Source of the DNA: Oscillospiraceae bacterium
GTDB lineage: Bacteria > Bacillota > Clostridia > Oscillospirales > Acutalibacteraceae
Assembly (NCBI GenBank): GCA_015065685.1
Contig: SVPU01000008.1
Location: 6,769 to 70,768, forward strand
DNA: 64,000 nucleotides
Direction of reading: 5' to 3'
Position 1 is the stretch's first letter, and every line of letters starts with the position of its first letter. Under the pieces are notes generated by a model. That model was not told where the DNA came from. It did no database searches and saw only the letters and a program-made list of their open reading frames with translations. Made by a program: the position numbers and the translations under genes. Below, in pieces: positions 34,808 through 43,954 of the stretch.

Positions 34808-36184
34808 TTATTTTCCTAACTTCTCCTGTACAATATGCGCTGCCTTGTAAATATCGCCGCCACCCATTGTTATTACGATATCGTTTTCATTGGCCGTTTC
34901 GATAATTTTATCAGCAATATTATCAAAGCCATCAACGATAATCGCATCGTTTAGCCTTTCAGCGATATCCTCAGATTTAATGCCATAGGTGTTAACCTCG
35001 CGCGAGCCCATAATGGGTGTTAAAATAACCTTATCGGCAACCGAGAGTGCTTCAATGAATTCATCCTTTAATAATGCGGTTCTTGAGAATGTGAAGGGTT
35101 GGAAAACCGCTATAACACGATTGTAGCTAAGCTGCTTTGCCGCGTTAAGTGTGGCCTTGATTTCTGTGGGATGATGTGCATAATCATCTGCCAAGGTGAA
35201 TCCATTATATTCACCTAAGAACTCGAATCTTCTGCCTGCACCCGTGAATTTTTCGAGCGCAGATTTAATACCCTCAGCCGAAACGCCTTGCTCATAAGAA
35301 ACAGCAAAAGCTGCCAATGCATTAAGCACATTATGTCTGCCTGGGGCTCTGAGTTCGATATTTATAACTTTCTTTCCGTTCATCATAACATCAAAGCCAA
35401 AACCGAATTTACCCGCTGCTATGTTTTCTGCATAATACTTATTATTACCGCTAAAACCAAATGTTATAATCTCAGCTTCGGTGTCCTTTGCGGCTTTAAG
35501 GCAAAGCTCATCATCTCCGTTTATATAAGCTTTGCTTGACATTTTAAGGAATTTGTGAAATGATAATACAAGATTATCCATCGTTTTGAAATAATCAAGA
35601 TGGTCGTTATCAATATTAAGCAAAACCGAAATATCGGGGCTCATCTGTAAGAAGGTATCAACAAACTCACAAGCCTCACAAACCATAGTTTCACTCTTGC
35701 CCGCAATTCCGTTGGAATTAATCATAGGCAGTCTGCCTCCGATAACTGCAGTAGGTTCCATCTTGTTTAAAAGCAAAATTTGTGTTATCATAGATGTAAC
35801 GGTGGTTTTACCGTGTGTTCCGCAAACACCGATAACATTATCAAATTGGCGGGTTAAGGCGCCCAAAAGGTGCGAACGCTCCATTGTGGGAATACCGAGT
35901 TCCTTTGCAGCAACAATCTCGGGATTATCAGATGAAATCGCGGCAGAATAAACCACCAATTCGGCATCCTTAACATTTTCTGCATTATGACCCATAAAAA
36001 CCTTTATTCCAAGATTTTTGATACGCTTTAATGGGTCGCTCTCGTTATTATCAGAGCCGGTTAAGATATATCCCTTGCTATGAAGAATTTCGGCTAACGG
36101 ACACATTCCGCTACCGCCAATACCAATCATATGAATTCTTTTGATATTATTTATAATTTTATCTTCTGCGCGTTCGATTTTCAT
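34808..36184 (-). CDS. murC: UDP-N-acetylmuramate--L-alanine ligase
   Basis: HMIGIGGSGM, GTHGKTTT, Mur ligase middle and C-terminal domains. Confidence 0.92.
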   Translation of the reverse strand: MKIERAEDKIINNIKRIHMIGIGGSGMCPLAEILHSKGYILTGSDNNESDPLKRIKNLGIKVFMGHNAENVKDAELVVYSAAISSDNPEIVAAKELGIPTMERSHLLGALTRQFDNVIGVCGTHGKTTVTSMITQILLLNKMEPTAVIGGRLPMINSNGIAGKSETMVCEACEFVDTFLQMSPDISVLLNIDNDHLDYFKTMDNLVLSFHKFLKMSSKAYINGDDELCLKAAKDTEAEIITFGFSGNNKYYAENIAAGKFGFGFDVMMNGKKVINIELRAPGRHNVLNALAAFAVSYEQGVSAEGIKSALEKFTGAGRRFEFLGEYNGFTLADDYAHHPTEIKATLNAAKQLSYNRVIAVFQPFTFSRTALLKDEFIEALSVADKVILTPIMGSREVNTYGIKSEDIAERLNDAIIVDGFDNIADKIIETANENDIVITMGGGDIYKAAHIVQEKLGK

Positions 36185-36269
36185 AAATCTTCTCCTAAAA
36201 TATTTCTCTTTACATTATAGTACTTTTTAGCTCAAAAATAAACACTTTTTTGCGAGGAATGGTAAATTT

Positions 36270-37427
36270 ATGTTTAAAATACCTGCAAAAATTGAATATG
36301 TTATTGAAACACTGCAAAAAAACGGCTTTAGTGCCTATATTGTGGGCGGTTGCGTGCGTGATATTTTACTTGGAGTTACTCCACACGATTATGACATTAC
36401 AACATCCGCCACCCCCGAACAAGTTATGGCCATTTTCAAAAAAACCATACCCACGGGCATTAAGCACGGCACAGTTACAGTTTTAATTGAAAAAGAACCG
36501 ATAGAGGTTACCACCTTCCGAATTGATGGCGACTATACCGATAGCCGCCACCCCGACAGTGTGGAATTTGTAACCTCGCTCAAAAAAGACCTTGCACGCC
36601 GCGATTTCACTGTTAATGCAATGGCCTATAACCACTGTGAAGGTGTTATTGATTATTTTGGTGGTCAGAACGACCTTAAAAACGGTATTCTTCGCGCTGT
36701 GGGAGACCCCGAAAAAAGATTTTTAGAAGATGCACTCAGAATTTTGCGACTTTTTAGATTCGCATCGGTTTTAGGCTTTGAAATTGAGGAAAAAACATTA
36801 TGCGCCGCCCTTAAATATGCCTATGAGCTTGAAAGCGTGAGCGGTGAGAGAATTATGGCAGAGCTTTCAAAGGCAGTTTGCGGTAAAAACACCGAGGTAT
36901 TTTCGACCTTACTCCAAAACGGCGGACTCAAATTTTTGAACATCAAATATATCCCCGATTTTAAAAAGCTTCAACAGCTCAATTTCAATCAGAATATTGC
37001 CTTATTCACATTTCTTTATAACTCTTGTGAAAAGGGCGATTTAATTTCTTCGTTAGAGCTGTTAAAGCCCTCTAATGCATTGAAGGATTATTTCTTAAAG
37101 TTTAGCAGGCTTTTAGAGTTACCACTACCTAGTGAAAAGTCTCACATCAAAAAAATGCTAACCATAGCAGAAAAGCAAATTGTTAGTGATTATTTTGCGT
37201 ATATTTCCGTTTTTTATGATTGCGATAAAAATTTACTCGAAATAATGCTTGAAGAGAGTTTAAAAGAGCCATATCTGATTTCCCACCTTGAAATAAACGG
37301 CAACGATTTAAAGAAAATGGGCTTTGAGGGTGAGCGAATCGGAGAAATTCTTACAACTCTTCAAGAAAAAGTAATCGAGAATCCAAAGCTTAACCAAAAG
37401 GATTTGCTTATCAATTTAATAACCTAA
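36270..37427 (+). CDS. cca: CCA-adding tRNA nucleotidyltransferase (class II)
   Basis: GGCVRDILLG..P.DYDITT, R.DFT.NA, ED.LR.LR..RF motifs. Confidence 0.85.
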   Translation: MFKIPAKIEYVIETLQKNGFSAYIVGGCVRDILLGVTPHDYDITTSATPEQVMAIFKKTIPTGIKHGTVTVLIEKEPIEVTTFRIDGDYTDSRHPDSVEFVTSLKKDLARRDFTVNAMAYNHCEGVIDYFGGQNDLKNGILRAVGDPEKRFLEDALRILRLFRFASVLGFEIEEKTLCAALKYAYELESVSGERIMAELSKAVCGKNTEVFSTLLQNGGLKFLNIKYIPDFKKLQQLNFNQNIALFTFLYNSCEKGDLISSLELLKPSNALKDYFLKFSRLLELPLPSEKSHIKKMLTIAEKQIVSDYFAYISVFYDCDKNLLEIMLEESLKEPYLISHLEINGNDLKKMGFEGERIGEILTTLQEKVIENPKLNQKDLLINLIT

Positions 37428-37443
37428 GCGTAACAAAATTTAT

Positions 37444-37491
37444 ATCAGCGCCATAAACTGTATTAAACAGTTAGGCGCTGATTTTATTTTA
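37444..37491 (+). terminator. intrinsic terminator
   Basis: atcagcgcc / ggcgctgat outer stem with an inner aactgt/acagtt stem, followed by tttatttt. Confidence 0.65.
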
Positions 37492-37503
37492 GGAAGATGA
37501 CAA

Positions 37504-38304
37504 ATGAAAAAAATCACTGTTATAGGCGGAGATAACCGCCTCAAAATTGTCAAAGAAGAACTGCAGAAATCGGGATATAATGTGGATAGCATTGGTCTTT
37601 TAGAAGATGATTGCGGAGATTACAAAGGCTCGGATATTATCGTTTTACCCGTTCCCACCACAAAAGACCATATTAATATCTTCACACCGCTGACAAGCAG
37701 AAAAATACCACTTAGCGAAATTTATGAAAACACAAGTAATGAACAGTTAATTCTCAGCTGCAATTATTTTTTTGAGAATAAAAAATGTGTTGATTATGGT
37801 GCGCTCGACAGTTACGCGCTTCTTAATGCCGTGCCAACTGCAGAGGGTGCAATAAAGCTTGCAATTGAAAACACAAATTACACTTTATGGAAGGCTAATG
37901 TTTTGGTGATTGGCTACGGCAGGGTTGGGAAAATTTTGGCAAACAGACTAAAAGCGTTCGGCGCAGATGTAACAGTTAGTGCTAGAAAGCCTGCAGATTT
38001 TGGTCTGCTCTCTGCGCTCGGTTTTAATTACATAAACACCGAGCACTTAAACCTGAAGCCAATAAAATATGATATAATTTTCAACACCGTTGATGCAAAG
38101 GTTATTGATGACAAATCTTTTAAAAACTGCCGTTCAGATTTGCTTATAGATTTAGCTTCAGCTTCAAATCTTAACTTTGCTGCTGCCGAAGAATGTAAAA
38201 TCAGGACCATAAAAGCACCAGGGCTCCCCGGCAAAATAGCACCTAAAACTGCAGCTGATATATTAGTTAACACAATAAAATATATAATCAATTCATATAA
38301 TTAG
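37504..38304 (+). CDS. dpaA: dipicolinate synthase subunit A
   Basis: N-terminus KITVIGGDNR and a Rossmann motif VIGYGRVGK, typical of SpoVFA. Confidence 0.85.
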   Translation: MKKITVIGGDNRLKIVKEELQKSGYNVDSIGLLEDDCGDYKGSDIIVLPVPTTKDHINIFTPLTSRKIPLSEIYENTSNEQLILSCNYFFENKKCVDYGALDSYALLNAVPTAEGAIKLAIENTNYTLWKANVLVIGYGRVGKILANRLKAFGADVTVSARKPADFGLLSALGFNYINTEHLNLKPIKYDIIFNTVDAKVIDDKSFKNCRSDLLIDLASASNLNFAAAEECKIRTIKAPGLPGKIAPKTAADILVNTIKYIINSYN

Positions 38305-38306
38305 GG

Positions 38307-38891
38307 GTGAAAACTTTGGAAAAAATCAACTTAGGATATGCCTTTTGCGGTTCTTTTTGCACGATTAAACAATCGCTTAGTGCTTTAGAGGAGCTCGCAA
38401 AATTAAACTATAAAATAAAGCCAATTATGTCCCAAATTGTTTACACAACCGATACCCGCTTTGGAAAAGCGGAAGATTTAATAAACAAAACAGAAGAAAT
38501 ATGCCAAGAAAAGATTATTCACGATATTGCTTCAGCTGAGCCGATAGGTCCCAAAAATTTGCTCGATATTATTGTTGTGGCGCCTTGCACGGGTAACACA
38601 ATCGCAAAAATCGCACTCGGTATCACCGATACACCCGTTACAATGGCCGTTAAAGCACATCTTCGCAACAACAAGCCTGTTGTTTTAGCCATTGCCACTA
38701 ACGATGCCTTGGGGGCATCTGCTAAAAATTTAGGCCTTCTTCACAATACTAAAAATATTTATTTTGTTCCCTATACCCAAGATGATGCCTTTTCGAAAAA
38801 CAATTCGCTTGTTTGTGATTTTTCACTGATTGCGGAAACTGTGGAAGCGGCATTAAAGGGCGAACAATTACAACCCGTTATTAAAAAATAA
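38307..38891 (+). CDS. dpaB: dipicolinate synthase subunit B (flavoprotein)
   Basis: GYAFCGSFCT and APCTGNT motifs. It lies immediately after dpaA. Confidence 0.85.
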   Translation: MKTLEKINLGYAFCGSFCTIKQSLSALEELAKLNYKIKPIMSQIVYTTDTRFGKAEDLINKTEEICQEKIIHDIASAEPIGPKNLLDIIVVAPCTGNTIAKIALGITDTPVTMAVKAHLRNNKPVVLAIATNDALGASAKNLGLLHNTKNIYFVPYTQDDAFSKNNSLVCDFSLIAETVEAALKGEQLQPVIKK

Positions 38892-38893
38892 AA

Positions 38894-38940
38894 GCCGTTG
38901 AGGTGCTTTCCAAAGAGAAGGCGCCTCAACGCTTTTTTTA
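38894..38940. terminator. bidirectional terminator
   Basis: cgttgagg / cctcaacg stem with A- and T-runs on both sides, between convergent dpaB and the tetR-like gene. Confidence 0.7.
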
Positions 38941-38942
38941 TT

Positions 38943-39461
38943 TTATCTTCCGCGATATTCTTGCTGTAACACCTCTGCCATAGCCTCGGGTGACTCTTTG
39001 CAGCCGTTTGCCAGCCACATTTTAATAATAGCATTAAGCCCATTTCTGAAAAATTCGATATGATACTTTATGTTGCTATCAATATGCTCTTTTTCGGCCC
39101 GTTCTGTATCGTATATCGAAACAAGGTGCTTATCATCATAACAAAGCTTGAAATAAGTTTTATAAAAAAGCTGATTTTCTTTGATGTGGGTGAACATTTT
39201 AAGCGCACCTGTGCGCTCGTTAAAATAATCATAATCAGAAAAAAGATTAGAAAAATCGTTTTCAAGCTTTTCTCTTGTTTTATCCGCAAGGTCGAATATA
39301 TCAATATAATTCGCATAAAAGGTGCTTCGGTTAAGCCCTGTATTTTTAATTATATCAGAAACGGTGATTGCTTTTAATTCGCAGGTCTGCAAAAGCTCAA
39401 TAAAGGCTTTTTCGATTTTTTCCTGCGACTCTTTTCTTCGTTTATTGTTCTTTACATTCAT
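38943..39461 (-). CDS. TetR/AcrR-family transcriptional regulator
   Basis: N-terminal HTH: IEKAFIELLQTCELKAITVSDIIKNTGLNRSTFY. Confidence 0.85.
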   Translation of the reverse strand: MNVKNNKRRKESQEKIEKAFIELLQTCELKAITVSDIIKNTGLNRSTFYANYIDIFDLADKTREKLENDFSNLFSDYDYFNERTGALKMFTHIKENQLFYKTYFKLCYDDKHLVSIYDTERAEKEHIDSNIKYHIEFFRNGLNAIIKMWLANGCKESPEAMAEVLQQEYRGR

Positions 39462-39582
39462 AAATTGTCCCCATTATTCCAACACTTGTTGCTAAATTGA
39501 TGATTGTTTTATACCATCACAAATATTATAGTAGTATTGTAATAAAAACACAAGTGTTGGATTAATGAAAGGAGATTTTAAA

Positions 39583-39951
39583 ATGAAAAAAAGTAGTTTT
39601 GTTACACTTGTTATGGGAACCGTAAGCGGAATTTTGTTTGCTCTTGGTATGTGTATGGCACTCTTGCCCGAGTGGAACGCATTTAAAGAGGGTGTTATTT
39701 TTGGCGGTATAGGCTTGATTCTCGGTATTATCACATTCATTGTGTGGTGCAAAATGGAAAATAAAACCCTGCCTAAAATAAACGGCAAAAATCTTTTACG
39801 CATTGTTTATGCAGTTTTAGCTGTATTGGTTTTAGGATTCGGAATGTGCATGTGTCTCGTTTGGGAGCAAATTGTTTGGGGCACACTCGTAGGACTTGTT
39901 GGTATTATTATGCTAATTGCATTAATACCGATGATTAAAGGCATAAAATGA
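39583..39951 (+). CDS. small 4-TM protein built from an internal duplication
   Basis: ATG 39583 has AAAGGAG upstream. The two halves share (L/F)G(M)CM.L...E......G...G..G.I. Confidence 0.65.
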   Translation: MKKSSFVTLVMGTVSGILFALGMCMALLPEWNAFKEGVIFGGIGLILGIITFIVWCKMENKTLPKINGKNLLRIVYAVLAVLVLGFGMCMCLVWEQIVWGTLVGLVGIIMLIALIPMIKGIK

Positions 39952-40766
39952 AAGCATTAAAAATTGCACAAAGTCCTTACACGAGTCTGATTTTTAACTT
40001 TGTTTATGCAGTAGGAAACTGTGCTATAGGCTTTGGCCTACATTCCTGGTGGTTTATCACTGTGGGAGCATATTATGCCGTTCTTGCCACCACCCGTTTT
40101 TCTGTTTTAAGAGTTAAAAAAACAGCAAACGGTAATTCAGAAATAGAGGCATTTGCAAAGCGAATTACAGGCATTTTGCTGTTCGTGTTATCCCTTTGTT
40201 TAATAGGCATAAATATCTTATCCTCAGTTAAAGAAAGAGGCTCTGATTTTCACGAAATCATAATGATTGCAATTGCAACCTACACGTTTACGAAAATCAC
40301 AATTGCGATTATAGGCTTAATTAAATCAAAGTCCATGGACTCAATAATCACTGCAACACTGAGAAATATATCCTTTGCAGATGCTGTTGTTTCCATTTAC
40401 ACACTGCAACGCTCAATGCTGGTTTCCTTTCCGGGAATGAAGCCTAATGAAATTTTAATTTTTAACATTCTAACCGGAACTGCCGTTTGGATTATTGTGC
40501 TGTTTCTCGGTTTAAATTTAATAGGAGGAAAATTTGTAGATATGGCAAAATCAAAAATTGTAAAGGTGAATGAAAAAATTGCGGAAGCGGTAACTGAGGG
40601 TTACAAGAAAATTGAAAAAGGTGTAACCGAAGGCTATAAAAAAATTGAAAAAGGTGTAACCGAGGGCTACACCAAAATTGAAGATAAGTTTGTTGACGCT
40701 TATCTTACAAAAGACGGCGAAACCGTTGAAGAGGCAAAGAAAAGATTAAAAAAAGAGAATAAATAA
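39948..40766 (+). CDS. polytopic membrane protein with a C-terminal cytoplasmic repeat tail
   Basis: Six hydrophobic segments, then three copies of VTEGYKKIEKG and a Lys/Glu-rich end. Its start overlaps the upstream stop. Confidence 0.65.
   Translation: MKALKIAQSPYTSLIFNFVYAVGNCAIGFGLHSWWFITVGAYYAVLATTRFSVLRVKKTANGNSEIEAFAKRITGILLFVLSLCLIGINILSSVKERGSDFHEIIMIAIATYTFTKITIAIIGLIKSKSMDSIITATLRNISFADAVVSIYTLQRSMLVSFPGMKPNEILIFNILTGTAVWIIVLFLGLNLIGGKFVDMAKSKIVKVNEKIAEAVTEGYKKIEKGVTEGYKKIEKGVTEGYTKIEDKFVDAYLTKDGETVEEAKKRLKKENK
40590..40688 (+). repeat. three 33-nt in-frame tandem repeats
   Basis: gtaac(t/c)ga(g/a)gg(t/c)ta(c/t)a(a/c)(g/a/c)aaaattgaa(a/g)a... occurs three times, encoding VTEGY(K/T)KIE(K/D)(G/K). 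Confidence 0.85.
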
Positions 40767-40772
40767 TAAAAA

Positions 40773-40803
40773 GTGGCAGAGGAATGTTCCCCTGCCGTTT
40801 TTT
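40773..40803. terminator. bidirectional terminator
   Basis: ggcagagg / cccctgcc stem (one mismatch) followed by gtttttta. Confidence 0.6.
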
Positions 40804-41443
40804 ATTTGCAAAATCTATGGTTTCCTATAGTTGTTATAACCTCGCGCGAGAATATCCACTTGCTTGTTGCCGTTTTGGGGTTGTAATAATAAATTGCGCC
40901 ACCCGATGGGTCAAGTCCGTTTAAAACATCAGAGGCTGCAAGATATGCACTTTCCGCAACAGGCTGATTGAATTGCCCATCATAAAGGCAAGAAAATGCC
41001 CCCTTTTGATATACAACGCCCGACAAAGTATCAGGAAAAGACGGATGCTCAATTCGGTTCATAATAACCGCGCCAACCGCTACCTGTCCAAGATAAACCT
41101 CGCCTCTTGCCTCGGCAGAGATAATGCGCGCCAATAATTCATAATCTGATGAAGCAATGCCGCCCATTCCGTTTTTAATGCCTAAAGCAGTTAATGTTTT
41201 TGAGCCTGCAATTCCGTCTGCAACAAGTCCGTTATCTCTTTGGAAAGCAATTACGGCATTTTTTGTTGCCAAGCCGAATATCCCGTCAACATTTCCGCTA
41301 TAATACCCTTTTTGTTTTAAAATCGTTTGGATTTGTCGCACCTCACTCGAGCGAGAGCCCATTTTTGAAAGTGCAGATACAACCCCCGATGAAATACAAA
41401 TAATTAAAATAACCGCTAAACTGATTTTGAATATTTTTTTCAT
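40802..41443 (-). CDS. sleB: spore cortex-lytic enzyme (SleB-type: PG-binding domain plus cell-wall hydrolase domain)
   Basis: VRQIQTILKQKGYYSGNVDGIFGLATKNAVIAFQRDNGL (PG_binding_1 pattern), then ISAEARGE...GQVAVGAVIMNR...FPDT...VV.Q (SleB hydrolase pattern). I chose the start MKKIFKISL. Confidence 0.85.
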   Translation of the reverse strand: MKKIFKISLAVILIICISSGVVSALSKMGSRSSEVRQIQTILKQKGYYSGNVDGIFGLATKNAVIAFQRDNGLVADGIAGSKTLTALGIKNGMGGIASSDYELLARIISAEARGEVYLGQVAVGAVIMNRIEHPSFPDTLSGVVYQKGAFSCLYDGQFNQPVAESAYLAASDVLNGLDPSGGAIYYYNPKTATSKWIFSREVITTIGNHRFCK

Positions 41444-41530
41444 AAAAATCACTTCCCGCAAATAATAATTCCCAAAAATACCCTTTTTATTCCTTCATTT
41501 TCAAAAACTTTGCTTTTCTTACATCACGCT

Positions 41531-41563
41531 TTGACAAAATAACCCCGCCCGTCGATTTATAAT
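41531..41563 (+). promoter_or_regulatory. spoIIE promoter candidate with a 21-nt spacer
   Basis: TTGACA (41531-41536) and TATAAT (41558-41563) are separated by 21 nt. The spacer contains cGTCGAt, a 5/7 match to the Spo0A box TGTCGAA. Confidence 0.5.
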
Positions 41564-41582
41564 ATTATTAGAATTTTAGGCG

Positions 41583-43901
41583 GTGATACGATTGAAGGAA
41601 TTAGTAAAAATACCGGTTAAATCCGAGAATTTTACACTAAAAGAATTATTAATAGCAAGCTTTGAGCATTTATTGATAGGACTAATTGGTTTTATTATGT
41701 GCAGAGCAGTTGTGTTGGACAAGCTTCTCCCCTTTGGCATCTCCTATTTAGCGGGTTGTTCATTAACTTTTACGCCCGCGGCGGCAATCGGCGTGTTTCT
41801 CGGTTATTTCATCCCCGCGGTTGGTAACGGTGCGTTCCGTTACATTGCGGCGCTTTTTGCGGTTTTATCTATTAAGCTGCTTCTTAGTGCATATAAAAAA
41901 ATAATATGCAACCCATTATTTTTAACAGTTATAACCTTACTTATCTCGTTTTTTACATCTGCTGTAACTCTTAAGTGGATGCAAACCTCGTTTTTAGAGG
42001 TGCTGACCGAATCTTTATTATCTGCTGCGGGGGCATATTTTATTACACGCTGCTTTTTAACTCTAAACAAATCCAAAGCAGGCCTCACCACCGATGAGCT
42101 TGCAGAGCTGCTCATAGTTGCAAGTATTATCATTATGGGCTTTAGCGGATTCCAATTAAACGGCATTTCCCTTGGCAGAATTTTAGGTGTTTTTCTTGTG
42201 CTGACCGCTGCAAAATATGGCGGCATAATATCGGGTGCCGTTAGCGGAATTGCGGTTGCTCTTTCCTTCGCACTGAGTAATGTTGAAGGTCAAATAGGTA
42301 TAGCTCTCGCATTTGCAGGTTTGGCCGCAGGCATATTTTCCTCACTCGGCAAATATGCACAAGTGCTTTGTTCTATAATCTTTGTTTTTATCGGCGTGGC
42401 TTCAACAAAGGATGTATTGCTAATTTCACGTTCTATAACCGAAACGGCAATTGGGTCCATTCTCTTTTTAACCCTTCCACGAAGAGCGGGGATTTATTTC
42501 GGCAAGATTTTTTCCTATAACCCAAAAATTGCAATTCCGATTAACTTAAAAAAATCAATAACCATGCGTTTGGAATTAGCATCAGATGCACTAAAGGATG
42601 TTTCGCAAACGGTTGAGCAGGTTTCAAAAGAGCTCTCGCGCATCAATTCCCCCGATTTCGGCACGGTTATAAGAAACATTGAACAAGATGCCTGTGCAGG
42701 TTGCAAGCTCAGGATTCACTGCTGGGAAAGCAGAAAAGATAGCACTATTAACGCAATTCTTGAAATGACAAAAGCTGTAAAACTCGGCGAATGCTCACCC
42801 GAAAAATTTGCCCCTGAAGAATTCAAAGGCAGATGTATGAAGGTGTCATCAGTTGGAAACGCAACCTATAAACGCTATTCCGACTTTGCATCGCGAATTT
42901 CGGCAGAAAACCGAATTGATGAGGTACGTTCGGTAGTTTCCGACCAATTTAACGGCATTTCACAAATGCTTTATGAACTAAGTAATGATTTTAAAAACGA
43001 TGAACAATTTGATAATTCTGCTGCCGAAAATGCCGCGGCGGCGCTTAAAACACTCGAAATTCACTCTGAGGAAGCAAGCAGCAGAATTGATAAATTCGGT
43101 AGAATGACCTTGGAATTTAAAATTAAGAAAACACCCGAATTGGTTATTAATAAGCTTCAGGTTATGAAGCTTTTATCGGTTGTTTGCGAAAGAGATTTCA
43201 ATATTCCGATTGTTAGCGAGGTTGGCGGAGATATATTTATGATATTAAATGAGCACGCCAATATAACTATTGATATAGGCATTGAGCAAATTTCCGCAAA
43301 CGAAGCCACCATGTGCGGAGATGCTTATAAATATTTTAATGATGGAAAAGGGCATTTTGTAATCATTCTCAGCGACGGTATGGGTACAGGTGGCAGAGCC
43401 GCAGTTGACGGCGCGATGGCATCGGGACTTATGAGCCGACTACTCAAAGCGGGTTTTGGGTATGACTGCTCATTACAAATTCTTAATTCTTCAATGCTCT
43501 TTAAATCAACCGATGAATCTCTTGCAACGGTTGATATTGCAAGCATAGACCTCTATACCGGTGAAATAACGCTTTTAAAAGCGGGTGCGGCACCAACAAT
43601 CATTCGCCGTTCAGGAAAAACCGGCAAGGCAGAAAGCACTTCACTGCCCGCAGGGATTTTGCGTGATATAAGCTTTGATAAAGCAATTATTAAGTGCAAA
43701 ATCGGTGATATTGCGGTTTTAATGTCCGATGGGGCCATAGGCGCCGGAACCGATTGGATAAGGGCAGAAATTGAGGCCTGGCAAGAGGGCTCTGCACAAG
43801 CACTTGCAGAAAGACTTTGCGAATGTGCAAAACGCCGAAGAAACGATGACCACACAGATGATATTACAGTTATTGCAGCCATTCTTAACAAGGCTGTATA
43901 A
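41583..43901 (+). CDS. spoIIE: stage II sporulation protein E (membrane PP2C phosphatase)
   Basis: About 10 N-terminal TM segments, a central domain, and a C-terminal PP2C domain with CGDAYKYF and ILSDGMGTGGRAA. The start could be GTG 41583 or TTG 41592. Confidence 0.9.
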   Translation: MIRLKELVKIPVKSENFTLKELLIASFEHLLIGLIGFIMCRAVVLDKLLPFGISYLAGCSLTFTPAAAIGVFLGYFIPAVGNGAFRYIAALFAVLSIKLLLSAYKKIICNPLFLTVITLLISFFTSAVTLKWMQTSFLEVLTESLLSAAGAYFITRCFLTLNKSKAGLTTDELAELLIVASIIIMGFSGFQLNGISLGRILGVFLVLTAAKYGGIISGAVSGIAVALSFALSNVEGQIGIALAFAGLAAGIFSSLGKYAQVLCSIIFVFIGVASTKDVLLISRSITETAIGSILFLTLPRRAGIYFGKIFSYNPKIAIPINLKKSITMRLELASDALKDVSQTVEQVSKELSRINSPDFGTVIRNIEQDACAGCKLRIHCWESRKDSTINAILEMTKAVKLGECSPEKFAPEEFKGRCMKVSSVGNATYKRYSDFASRISAENRIDEVRSVVSDQFNGISQMLYELSNDFKNDEQFDNSAAENAAAALKTLEIHSEEASSRIDKFGRMTLEFKIKKTPELVINKLQVMKLLSVVCERDFNIPIVSEVGGDIFMILNEHANITIDIGIEQISANEATMCGDAYKYFNDGKGHFVIILSDGMGTGGRAAVDGAMASGLMSRLLKAGFGYDCSLQILNSSMLFKSTDESLATVDIASIDLYTGEITLLKAGAAPTIIRRSGKTGKAESTSLPAGILRDISFDKAIIKCKIGDIAVLMSDGAIGAGTDWIRAEIEAWQEGSAQALAERLCECAKRRRNDDHTDDITVIAAILNKAV

Positions 43902-43916
43902 ATCCCCCCTTAAACA

Positions 43917-43952
43917 CAAAAGAACCGAGCATGAGCTCGGTTCTTTTGTGTT
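43917..43952. terminator. bidirectional terminator
   Basis: agaaccgagc-atga-gctcggttct perfect stem with flanking A/T runs. Confidence 0.8.
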
Positions 43953-43954
43953 TA

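Noticed and set aside
37428-37503. Sigma-K-type promoter for dpaAB (CATA...TA-like string cataaactg).
   Set aside because: The match is partial and sits inside the loop of the cca terminator hairpin. There is no convincing -35 AC element.
40590-40688. Possible CRISPR or other non-coding repeat array.
   Set aside because: There are only three 33-nt units. They are directly adjacent without spacers, in frame, and inside a membrane-protein gene. I saw no other repeat-spacer structure in the window.
41444-41530. Forespore (sigma-G/F) promoter upstream of sleB (GGAATA ... AATTATT).
   Set aside because: The resemblance to the GAATA-17/18-CATACTA consensus is weak. I could not distinguish it from AT-rich background.
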